Origin: Haliotis rufescens
Lineage: Eukaryota
Length of the DNA: 64,000 nt
Reading direction: 5' to 3'
Assembly: GCF_023055435.1 (NCBI RefSeq)
Contig: NW_025963815.1
Coordinates: 310,001-374,000, forward strand
Of the stretch, positions 1 to 13,000 are shown piece after piece; the stretch's first letter is position 1, and each line of letters begins with the position of its first letter. The notes under the pieces were generated by a model. That model ran no database searches and had not been told where the DNA came from. It worked only from the letters and a program-made list of their open reading frames with translations. The translations under genes were made by a program, and so were the position numbers.

Positions 1-449
1 TACCCCTCGGGCTGTGTCGTGTTGTGTCGATCTTGTATAATCTAACCTGGATCAAGGAGGACGCTTCGACCAAATCGTAGCAATATGAAATTGTGAGTCT
101 CTAAATTATACATATTTTATCCCCCAGGGCTGCTCAATGATTTCATAAATAACAATAAAGCTGAAAACATCAACTGTGCAATACTGGGGAATTATGGAGT
201 TTAACCCCGCTTGGGACTTTTTTAATCTCATCACAGGTGTCAGCTAAATGTGGGACACAAAAAACGAGTGACACAGGCTGTTGTCGCTTGTCACTATGAA
301 GCTCCTAGAACAGGTAGCGTGTCGTAGCCCAAGGTCAGGATCAGGATGATACGAACATTGAAACCCACGCCCCAACGGATCCTGGTCTGACCAAGGGAAG
401 CAACTGTTCATATCGAATTAGATCAGTAGGCCACTGTGCTTCTTTGTAA

Positions 450-1193
450 GGCCAGGTTCACACAGTGCTGATTGTGGCTCCCGTTTGAGATCAGACAGCG
501 GTACGACACGAAAAGTGAATAAGTCGGATAACTTTCCTCAATTATCATTGTCTTAACGCAGTCGTATACGTTCGTAACAGAGTCCTACGGATCGGGAAAG
601 GTCCAAAGAGGTCGGCCAAGCACTCCCGACAGTATGGTGCGTCCTGTAACATTCAGGAAACTCAACCGATTTTGTCTAGTCGGATTACAATCGTGACTAT
701 ATCGTGACAGATTCTGCTGTATCGGATCAAAATCGTAACAATGTCCCGTGTTGTCAGGGCGGTGTCCCGTGTTGTCAGGGCGGTGTCCTGTGGATCGGGA
801 CGCTGTCGTGGTGAACGGGCATGAACTGTTCATTGCCGTTTCTTGTCGATTGAGTCCAGATTGCGTCCAGATCTTGCCGAATGCGAACGGTCTTTGTCGG
901 TTCACTGTCCGGTCACTGTGTGATCTCTGTCGGATAACATTCGGGAGAATCGGGACGCTGTTGGCACAGGTTCGATTGTGTTTTACCATGCGAAAGATAC
1001 AAATCGGATCAGATTCAGATTGAGAACGGGAGAATCGGGACGAATTCGGCTGGAAACGGCTGAATCGGGACACTTCCCGAACAATATCTCAATGTTTGTG
1101 AATTTCCCACCCGCGAATCACAGGATCTTGATCAGATTTTTGACACATTTTAATCAACAACGGCAGTAAAAATCCTGAATGTGTGACTGGTCC
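450..1193. mobile_element. Probable non-autonomous DNA transposon (Harbinger-like ends)
   Basis: Imperfect TIRs ggccaggttcacaca / tgtgtgactggtcc next to TAA/TTA; GC-richer interior with short direct repeats. Confidence 0.5.
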
Positions 1194-1881
1194 TTTAGAA
1201 TTGACATACATTTACACTGGTGAATGAACTCTATGGACTACAAACAGAGCTCACGCTCTATTTCCTTGACGCGACATACATATGTGTAGACTGTGTCATT
1301 TCATTTCATTTCATGATTTATTTATACTGTCGACTCAGTGTGTTAAATTTCTGAAGCTTATCCAAGAATCTCCCATAATACCCCACGATTGTGAAATATC
1401 AATGACGTCATCAACACGTCCAATCACTCAGCTGCATCTGGTCCGGATCAATTTTCTTGTTTCTAAAATCACAAAACATAACTTGATATGGGGCTTCTTT
1501 ACCCAACTACGACTAAATCCTAGAAATAACTATATATATTTACTTAACCTAAACATGACTAAACATAGCTTAATATGTTTACCGGAGCATTGTTTCACTG
1601 AACTAAACATGATTCAACATTACTCAGCTTAGCTAAATATGTCTTACATTGTACACTGCAAAGATTGCTGATGGCAATGGAAAAGAATTGTCGGTTTTAT
1701 TTATTAACGTCACTAAATGTCATTTACTTTAATTAAACAGTGACTTAACATTCTCTAACTTTCTAAACGTGAATAATGGCGCTCGGTTACAAATTAAAAT
1801 AAAAGGTATCTCCTCTACAGTGGGACTACATCAAATTTCAAGCAACAGTAGGTTTATCTTCTAAATGAATATGTCTTTCGT

Positions 1882-2112
1882 GAACACCTGGTGTCATCAC
1901 TATTCGATAGTGCTTCATAAACACCTGGTGTCATCACTATTTGATAATGCTTCATAAACACCTGGCTTTACCACTATTTGATAGTGCTTCATAAACACAT
2001 GGTGTCATCACTATTCGATAGTGCTTCATAAACACCTGGTGTCATCACTATTTGATAGTGATTCATAAACACCTGGTTTTATCACTGTTTGATAGTGATT
2101 CATAAACACCTG
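1882..2112. repeat. 37-bp tandem repeat (about 6 copies) with an internal hairpin
   Basis: aaacacctggtgtcatcactatttgatagtgcttcat. Confidence 0.9.
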
Positions 2113-3892
2113 CTTATGATATACAGCCGAACCCCGATATCTCGAACATAGCCAGACCGTGCTGTAACTTCGACGAAACGAGGTATGGATACTCAGACAG
2201 GGTAAGAAAAAATATTATAGATCCAGAGCAAAACGATTGCATACTGGAGACATCGAAAACACAACACGTGTGACCATGACACAGTGAAATGTAATTCACA
2301 GGCAATGATCAATAACAATTGTAATAAAATATATACGGTGTTATTTCATGTAGGATTGACAAAACATCACATGCACATTATTAAGCACAGAAGCAATCTG
2401 AAATCAACCGCTTCTGAACGAGTGGCACGTGGACATTGAATGGCTCGCATCATGTTGCAGTACATAATGTTATGTCCGAAGTTCATTTGGTTCATCACCG
2501 TGCCAGCGACCTATGTGAAGTTGGATATAACAAAGTGGGTGATGCATATAAGGGTTATCGGACTGGTTGCCTTTTCAGAACAATAGACGTTTAATGTGAT
2601 TACATGTATTTGGGTAAATACAAATTAGGGAATGAAAAAAGACGAAAAAGACGCATCTCATGTTTATTCAAATATAACAATGTTTAACAATTTGTATCAC
2701 AATTTGACACATGTTTAGTACAGCTGTCAGTGTTCATGACAATGTAAGCAGGTGCGAGGCAGCCTCTGCATAATGGAAGACATCCATGTCAACAGTCTGC
2801 TGTCTGGGTTTCAGTAGATTCAGGCTTCTGTTAATGCCTGTGTGTTTCTTTTTCTGTGTATTGCACTTTTTTTTAACCTGCCCAGTGTTTTAACAACATC
2901 ACATTGCCTGCAGGCAGCATCAAAGAAATCTATACCGTTTTCACAAAGGTCAATCTCCCGGTGAGTTATTTGTATTCAGTTTACTGAAACTTTACTTTAC
3001 TAAAACCACAAAGTGCCACACTCGCCTCAAGCATGTAAAGTTAATGATAGGACATGGCAAGTAGCGTCCCGCGGTATCATTCCTTTAATTGCCTTTGATT
3101 AGCATTTTTTGATATATCAATGGACTCTATATTAAAAACAAACTCTTATGATTACGGAAAGGGCAGTGTTGGTTATTTTAACTAAATCATTCACTACGAG
3201 AGACCAAGGCTGGAAGTACACGCTGGAGGCGTCAGAGATTGCAAACTCTGAGACATGGCAAGTGTTGTGATGTGATATTCAGGTACTCCTAACAGTTGTG
3301 AGGGAAGTAGTCTGACACACTGACGTAATGTGCCTTGACAACAAGAAATAATTAGTTTGTGGAAGGATGTGTCGGGGCCGTGCATTGAAACATAGTACCT
3401 AAATCTAAAAGGTTCTGAGAAATATAACCACTGATACTGAAGGATTTTAAGATTATTTTGCTTGAAAGTCAAACCTTCAGAAAGTTCATGGGTCAATTTT
3501 CAACCTTAATATGCACATAAATACCTTAGGGAAAAAGAGAGGAGATACGTATATTAAAGAAAATCTGTTTCAGTTTGTCTAAGGCTCCGCAATTAGCTTT
3601 GCACATTTATGCCCCTTTGGCGAGCCAGGATCCTCTGATATTTGATTAGAATCCAAGATTTGCTTTTTTATGAAACTTGGTACCTTACCCCCAATCATGG
3701 GTTTCACCGAAGTGGTAAACGTGGTTTCGATACCACATAATGATGACACGACTTGATATTACTGAAGTTTGCTCAATGTGACGTCACACTCACCGATACA
3801 GTTTGTCCGAGAAACAATTCAACAACTAACGTGGAATAGTACTCATACATTGTAAACCATTTTTTCATTGTAAAATGTGTCATTTGTTACAG

Positions 3893-4054
3893 GTGGGTCA
3901 ACGGGCAAAAGTGCTGCAGAGTTCAGAGACTGCAACAATAATTGCAACGGCACCAGTGTCAACGACACATGTGGTTTCTGTGTAGCAGCGTCGGCGGCGG
4001 CCGGCGTCACAGGGAGTCAATACAAGGACTGCAACAACGACTGCTATACGCCAG
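3893..4054 (+). CDS. Gene A exon: Cys-rich repeat (GGSTG..DCNNNCNG...DTCGFC...DCNNDC)
   Basis: ttacag|GT acceptor, CCAG|gtaagt donor, phase 1-1, 162 nt. Confidence 0.85.
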
Positions 4055-7000
4055 GTAAGTGAGAACGAAGCACACGTGTGATGCATATCAGTACAACATG
4101 CAGAAAAACTTCAACCATGTCTCGCGTCCCGTGAACATCCGGGTTACAATTGGTCTTCAGCAACCAGTGCTATTCGTAAGAAGCGACTAACAGGATCGGA
4201 TGGTCAGGCTCCCTGATTTGGTTAATGCATGTCATCGTATCCCAGTTGCGTGAATTGATGCTCATGGTATCAATCACTGGATACACAACAAACAAAATAC
4301 ACAGGTTTGACATGGGTTCAATGTGTGAATACTGTTACTTAGAGGTGGAATTACGCAAGAATTTCGAGTTTCACCGAAATTGCTTTGAGCAATTCCAATT
4401 CACCTATTTAAACAATGAAGGCCAATGAAGTCATAAGTTTATGGTTAAAATGTTGACCAATCGTGCCCACTCGGCATATTCCGCTACCTATACCTCGGAC
4501 AGCAAGTGCGTTTTTTATTGAACGAATTAATATCTTAACATTGACACATCAAGCATTTGTGTAGCACTTGCATGTCACCGTACCCTATGCACTGCAAGAT
4601 CCTTCCGCACGAAGTTCTCACGGGCCGCCGACGTATTGTTGGAAGATTGAAGAGTGTAGCGCTAATTTAAACAACAAAAAAGACATTGTTGTCATGGGGA
4701 TTTCTGTACAATAAGAACAGTCGATTTACATGCATTGTATCGTACATAAAATCAATACATTTAAATTTATATATTGACTTAAACTTGCGAGAACTGCCTT
4801 TTGAATCCAGAGTAAATTCCTGGAAGGCAGAACTTGCTGACTCCGCGTCTCGCCACTACCCGTCAATACATTCCACCGCTCTGTTAAGTGAGTAATGAGT
4901 CTCGCCACTACCCGTCAATACATGCCACCGTTCTGTTAAGTAAGTAGTGAGTCTCGCCACTACCCGTCAATACATGCCACCGTTCTGTTAAGTAAGTAGT
5001 GAGTCTCGCCACAACCCGTCAATACATTCCACCGCTCTGTTAAGTGAGTAGTGAGTCTCGCCACTACCCGTCAATACATTCCACCGCTCTGTTAAGTGAG
5101 TAGTGAGTCTCGCCACTACCCGTCAATACATGCCACCGTTCTGTTAAGTAAGTAGTGAGTCTCGCCACTACCCGTCAATACATGCCACCGTTCTGTTAAG
5201 TAAGTAGTGAGTCTCGCCACTACCCGTCAATACATTCCACCGCTCTGTTAAGTGAGTAGTGAGTCTCGCCACTACCCGTCAATACATTCCACCGCTCTGT
5301 TAAGTGAGTAGTGAGTCTCGCCACTACCCGTCAATACATTCCACCGCTCTGTTAAGTGAGTAGTGAGTCTCGCCACTACCCGTCAATACATTCCACCGCT
5401 CTGTTAAGTGAGTAGTGAGTCTCGCCACTACCCGTCAATACATTCCACCGCTCTGTTAAGTGAGTAGTGAGTCTCGCCACTACCCGTCAATACATTCCAC
5501 CGTTCTGTTAAGTGAGTAGTGAGTCTCGCCACTACCCGTCAATACATTCCACCGTTCTGTTAAGTGAGTAGTGAGTCTCGCCACTACCCGTCAATACATT
5601 CCACCGCTCTGTTAAGTGAGTAGTGAGTCTCGCCACTACCCGTCAATACATTCCACCGCTCTGTTAAGTGAGTAGTGAGTCTCGCCACTACCCGTCAATA
5701 CATTCCACCGCTCTGTTAAGTGAGTAGTGAGTCTCGCCACTACCCGTCAATACATGCCACCGTTCTGTTAAGTAAGTAGTGAGTGTCGCCACTACCCGTC
5801 AATACATTCCACCGTTCTGTTAAGTGAGTAGTGAGTCTCGCCACTACCCGTCAATACATTCCACCGCTCTGTTAAGTGAGTAGTGAGTCTCGCCACTACC
5901 CGTCAATACATTCCACCGCTCTGTTAAGTGAGTAGTGAGTGTCGCCACTACCCGTCAATACATTCCACCGTTCTGTTAAGTGAGTAGTGAGTCTCGCCAC
6001 TACCCGTCAATACATTCCACCGTTCTGTTAAGTGAGTAGTGAGTCTCGCCATCACCCGTCAATACATGCCACCGTTCTGTTAAGTAAGTAGTGAGTCTCG
6101 CCACTACCCGTCAATACATTCCACCCTTCTGTTAAGTGAGTAGTGAGTCTCGCCACTACCCGTCAATACATTCCACCGCTCTGTTAAGTGAGTAGTGAGT
6201 CTCGCCACCACCCGTCAATACATTCCACCGTTCTGTTAAGTGAGTAGTGAGTCTCGCCACCACCCGTCAATACATTCCACATTAAGTGAGTAGTGAGGTG
6301 TGTGTGGTTTAGTCAGCCGTTTATTACTCACGGGAGTTGAATAAGTGAGTATGATTATACGCCGCATCCGTTCACGACATGGAATTCATACTTTGTACCT
6401 ATGTAGGGAAATGAACCCTGGGCTTCTGCACGAACACTCTAACCACTAAGCCACCCCACCACTCCTTAACAAACTAGATACCACATGACACAACTCAATA
6501 AAGATATCTGCTTGAATATCAAATGCTCAAACCCAGTGAAGATCCAGAATAGAATCGGTCTTTAAAAGGCGGCCATGCTTGTCGTAAGAGGTGACTAAAG
6601 GGATCGGGTGGTTAGGCTCGCTGACTTGGTTGATGCATGTCATCGTATCCCAATTGCGTGGATCGATGCTCATGATGTCAATCACTGGATCGTCTGGTCC
6701 AGACTCGACTATTTACAGACCGCCGTCATATAGCTGGAATATTGCTTGGTGGGGCGTTAAACAACAAACAAATCAAAACCAAATGCTCAAATATATGAAA
6801 TCAGGCAATCAGCACTGTAAGCGAGGCAAGTTGCGGTCTTCCTCAGCCTGTAGTGTTCCTGTACACGTCCCTTGACGGTGAGTTTAACACTGCTACCTAT
6901 CCTCCAGGTACACTGGCTCAGATGGCATCCAACAACACGTGCCAGGTGTGTGTCGGCGGCTCGACAGGCAACGCGGCAACAGCGGGAATGGACGCTTGCG

Positions 7001-10000
7001 GCGTCTGTAGCGGCGACAACTCCACCTGTACCGATTGTAGCGGAACTGTGAATGGGCAAGTACCATACATCTAGAATTTGTTCCAATTCCGCTTCTGACC
7101 AGATTCCTTGTATTTTCCACGAAATCTTTCATCCCAAACCTTAAAATTCAGTCGAAACTTGGAATCCCGCTATTGACCAAAACATAATTTACGTACATAT
7201 TTAAGAAATAAACGACTCATGGTCGTTGTTTCTCGTACAATAAAACTCTGCAGGTTTATTCTCCATTCATTATTTTATTGTGCGATAAACAACGACCACG
7301 CGTCGTTTATTTCTTATATTATGTTTCAACATTATGTACAGCATCTTTAAGGATGTTGATACAATGTACAAGCTTCAGAAATATTTACCTTTTTTTTGAT
7401 AATGATGACTCCCTGAATGGAATCCGACTTTGGAAATGTCGGACAAGACCATTTTACGAACAGGTGGGTTAAGTTTGATATATTTCCGCATATTCTTATG
7501 TTCCTTACATCGATTAACTGTACCTTTTCTCCCAATACCGATGGTCACATCTCTCCCACTTGTGGATGCGATCATTCGGCCACTACGTTTATGTGCATAG
7601 CCCAGCCACGTCTATAGTAGTTCATGCTTGTTTAAAATTGTTTGATACAAATTAAATAAGAGTACAGTTGTGTGGCTGTGTAGTGTAAGCTCCTCCTCCT
7701 TCATCACGTGATGAAGGACGAAAGAGTGATAACATGTTTAGACGTCAATAACAGTTCAGTAGACTTGTCCGACATTTTGAATTTAAAGTATGGCGCAGTG
7801 TGTGAACGTACCCAATTAAGCTAAGTCAGTGTATTGGTAGTCATTGGATAATGTCGACAGAACATTGTTAGGTGTTGATTGCATCTGAAGACACCCAACG
7901 TGCGTGATGTCAACCATTAAGACAACAAAACTTAAAACACCGCACGGACTGGCTCGCTGGTGGTGTCAATTACCAGTTCGTCACTCCGTAGCCAAAGCTG
8001 CTGGTCACCACGTGATTGTTTTCGTCCGAGATATTTTCTCAAGCATTATTTACGAAAACACTTTCAATGGCAGACTTCTGTGTGTGCGGTGTTGATGCCA
8101 GACTTCTGTGTGTGCGGTGTTGATGGCAGACTTCTGTGTGTGCGGTGTTGATGGCAGACTTCTGTGTGTGCGGTGTTGATGGCAGACTTCTGTGTGTGCG
8201 GTGTTGATGGCAGTCTTCTGTGTGTGTGGTGTTGATGGCAGGCTTTTGTGTTTGCGGTGTTGATGGCAGACTTCTGTGTGTGCGGTGTTGATGCCAGACT
8301 TCTGTGTGTGCGGTGTTGATGGCAGACTTCTGTGTGTGTGGTGTTGATGGCAGACTTCTGTGTGTGCGGTGTTGATGCCAGACTTCTGTGTGTGCGGTGT
8401 TGATGCCAGACTTCTGTGTGTGCGGTGTTCATATTATGGTGTATGGATTTCCGCAGTTTCGCCGTGCAAAGTCTTTTGCTTCCATTAGGTGTACCAAACC
8501 TAGAAGGGTACGTTCATCAGACAAATCGCAGAGCACTTGTCTTATGAAGGTACCCTCATGGGTTTGCCAATCTTCCCGAGGCAAGAGAGTTAACTGACTT
8601 TAAAAGTCCAGTTTCCACCCTTGCCGAACTAGGCTGGAATTACTGGGCTCGATCGTAGCGCCACCAGAGGCTATTACCAGTTATGTCCCTTCTAAGCCTC
8701 TCCTATGGACCAATTAGGTCCCACCCCGCGCATCACTCGCGTTTGCTTCACACAAAATGGTGGCGCCAAGTCAGGACGATCTGATTGATAATCAAGATCT
8801 ATATTGTGATAAAACGGGTCTTACATCGCGAAATGCATCAAATTCCGTGAGCAACTTGATTAAAAACATGAAAAGATGTGGAAAATATCTGCTGACAACG
8901 AGTTGGCGGTGCAGATGCTTTGCAAATCCTGCAATCGACCGAAATCTGCGCGACAGTTTACGAACCGGATTTCGATTTCGGTGCGCGATTTTGATTGGAC
9001 TATGCATAGACTCGTTAGTCCAGCCAAACTCCATAATACCACTCAGTCCGGCAAGGGTGGAAACTGGACTTTTATAGTCAGTTAACTCTCTTGCCTCGGG
9101 AAGATTGGGTTTGGCATGCAAAATGGACGCAACCAATTTCGTCTAAAATAGCGCAATTGGCCAAGAGTTATCTCCCATAGTGGTACCAGGTTCCGCTGCT
9201 CGTGGCACTTCCTGGTTATAATTCTTCACTTATCAGCACCTTGCCTGTGCTCGTACGTTTCACCAGAGATCTTTGCATATGGCAGGTGATTTACCAAAAT
9301 GTGAAACATTTACATCATGAAACATCCTTTGATAAATTGAAGCAATGTTTATAGCGTTGATGAAGCCGAACTCTCTCACAAGTGAAATTTGTTCATTTTG
9401 CACTTGTTGCGAAAAGTCCGTTCATGTCCTCTTGGTGATGTAAAGCGACACTCACTGGACAAGTAATATAAGTCAGGTTAGACAGATCTCCATTCCTCTG
9501 AATGTTTAATCGAATTCATAACAACTGTGTTGTGGCTGATTTAAATAGTAATATCAGACTTTAAAAAACTGCTGGACTGGTTTGACGTCGTGTTTGACAC
9601 AGACCACTGAAATCGATGAATATTTTTATACTTGTTTTTTTTTCTAAAACCAACATCTTATTTAACAAACCTCAAACCGAAATGATGTTACTACGTTCCT
9701 AGAATACACCAAAGCATAGTATCACGAAATCTAGTGCCCGACACGCAAGACTTACATGAAATATACAAGCATTGCCGTACACTGTTCCAAGTAAGTGATT
9801 GATTTCCTGGTTGTTGATTACAAGAATGTCGCTGTATTAATAATTAAATGTGTTCCTTCTCGTTGTCCAGTAGGTAACCGGCAGCCATCTCTGTTTGTGT
9901 AGTTCTGTATCGGGGACAGCTTTGGGGCTATCTTCATTCAGGGAAATTGTAACATCGCATGTAATGTGATGACAGGGTTGCTCCGGGCAGCGGCAGTTTT

Positions 10001-13000
10001 TCTAACTTAGATGTTGTGTTTATTGCCTGGCATTTTTGCTGTGGCTTGGAAGTAGAAGAAATGCCTGGACTGATGTAATAACATCCAAGTTTAATCTACA
10101 TCTTGATTGTCATTATTGTGATCTGCTGTTATCACTTATCTCTTCATTATGCCGAACTGTATACACTGATCATTATGCCGAACTGTACACACTGATCATT
10201 ATGCCGAACTGGACACTGATCATTATGCCGAACTGGACACACTGATCATTATGCTGAATTCTTACACACTTGTTAATATGCCGAACTGTATACACTGATC
10301 ATTATGCCGAACTGTACACACTGATCATCATGCCGAACTGGATACACTGATCATTATGCCGAACTATACACACTGATCATTATGCCGAACTAGAAACACT
10401 GATCATTATGCCAAACTGTACACACTGATCATTATGCCGAACTGGATACACTGATCATTATGCCGAACTGTACACACTGATCATTATGCCGAACTGGACA
10501 CTGATCATTATGCCGAACTGGACACACTGATCATTATGCTGAATTCTTACACACTTGTTAATATGCCGAACTGTATACACTGATCATTATGCCGAACTGT
10601 ACACACTGATCATTATGCCGAACTGGACACTGATCATTATGCCGAACTGGACACACTGATCATTATGCTGAATTCTTACACACTTGTTAATATGCCGAAC
10701 TGTATACACTGATCATTATGCCGAACTGTACACACTGATCATCATGCCGAACTGGATACACTGATCATTATGCCGAACTAGAAACACTGATCATTATGCC
10801 GAACTAGAAACACTGATCATTATGCCGAACTGTACACACTGATCATCATGCCGAACTGGATACACTGATCATTATGCCGAACTGTACACACTGATCATTA
10901 TGCCGAACTGTACACACTGATCATTATGCCGAACTGTACACACTGATCATTATGCCGAACTAGAAACACTGATCATCATGCCGAACTGTACACACTGATC
11001 ATTATGCCGAACTGGATACACTGATCATTATGCCGAACTGTACACACTGATCATTATGCCGAACTGGATACACTGATCATTATGCCGAACTGTACACACT
11101 GATCATTATGCCGAACTAGAAACACTGATCATTATGCCGAACTGTACACGCTGATCATTATGCCGAACTGTACACACTGATCATTATGCCGAACTGGATA
11201 CACTGATCATTATGCCGAACTGTACACACTGATCATTATGCCGAACTGTACACACTGATCATTATGCCGAACTGTACACACTGATCATTATGCCGAACTG
11301 TACACGCTGATCATTATGCCGAACTGTACACGCTGATCATTATGCCGAACTGTACACGCTGATCATTATGCCGAACTAGAAACACTGATCATTATGCCGA
11401 ACTGTACACACTGATCATCATGCCGAACTGGATACACTGATCATTATGCCGAACTGTACACACTGATCATTATGCCGAACTGTACACACTGATCATTATG
11501 CCGAACTGAACACACTGATCATTATGCCGAACTAGAAACACTGATCATTATGCCGAACTAGAAACACTGATCATTATGCCGAACTGTACACACTGATCAT
11601 TATGCCGAACTGTACACACTGATCATTATGCCGAACTGTACACACTGATCATTATGCCGAACTAGAAACACTGATCATCATGCCGAACTGTACACACTGA
11701 TCATTATGCCGAACTGGATACACTGATCATTATGCCGAACTGTACACACTGATCATTATGCCGAACTAGAAACACTGATCATTATGCCGAACTAGAAACA
11801 CTGATCATTATGCCGAACTAGAAACACTGATCATTATGCCGAACTGTACACACTGATCATTATGCCGAACTGTACACACTGATCATTATGCCGAACTAGA
11901 AACACTGATCATTATGCCGAACTGTACACACTGATCATTATGCCGAACTGGATACACTGATCATTATGCCGAACTGTACACACTGATCATTATGCCGAAC
12001 TGGATACACTGATCATCATGCCGAACTGGATACACTGATCATTATGCCGAACTATACGCACTGATCATTATGCCGAACTGGAAACACTGATCATTATGCC
12101 GAACTGTACACACTGATCATTATGCCGAACTAGAAACACTGATCATTATGCCGAACTGTACACACTGATCATTATGCCGAACTAGAAACACTGATCATTA
12201 TGCCGAACTGTACACACTGATCATTATGCCGAACTGTACACACTGATCATTATGCCGAACTGTACACACTGATCATTAAGCCGAACTGGACACACCGTAC
12301 ATTTTACCGAATTTTGTTTATAATTTTACGTATTATGCGTATGGAACGCATTTTATACCGTTTTAAACTCCGTTTTGATCGGACCTCATGTGTACATGTA
12401 TCTCTGTATAGAGCACTCGTGCTGAACTGTGTCTAGAGCGGATCTTATGCCGAATTCTGTATAGAGCGCTCGTACTTATGATATGTATATCATCACATGT
12501 ATGACGTGCTTATGATATTTGCAGCACCATAGGTATGGTGTACTAATGATATATGCAGCCCCATACGTATGACGTACTTATGATATATGCAGCACCACAG
12601 TATGACGTTCTTATGATATATGCAGCACCATAGGTATGGTGTACTAATGATATATGCAGCACCATAGTATGACGTACTTATGATATATGCAGCACCACAG
12701 TATGACGTTCTTATGATATATGCAGCACCATAGGTATGGTGTACTAATGATATATGCAGCCCCATACGTATGACGTACTTATGATATATGCAGCACCACA
12801 GTATGACGTTCTTATGATATGTGCAGCACCATAGGTATGGTGTACTAATGCTATATGCAGCACCATAGTTTGACGTACTTATGATATATGCAGCACCATA
12901 GTATGACGTACTTATGATATATGCAGCACCATAGTTTGACGTACTTATGATATATGCAGCACCATAGTATGACGTACTTATGATATATGCAGCACCATAG

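Noticed and set aside
585-1169. 162-aa and overlapping ORFs
   Set aside because: Inside a probable non-autonomous transposon, with no recognisable protein motif.
2914-2960. Possible 47-nt exon (ctgcag|...|gtgagt) upstream of exon 3893
   Set aside because: Splice sites look good, but the only phase-compatible frame (QHQRNLYRFHKGQSP) does not supply the expected C-x2-C-x-G start of the Cys repeat. Needs RNA evidence.
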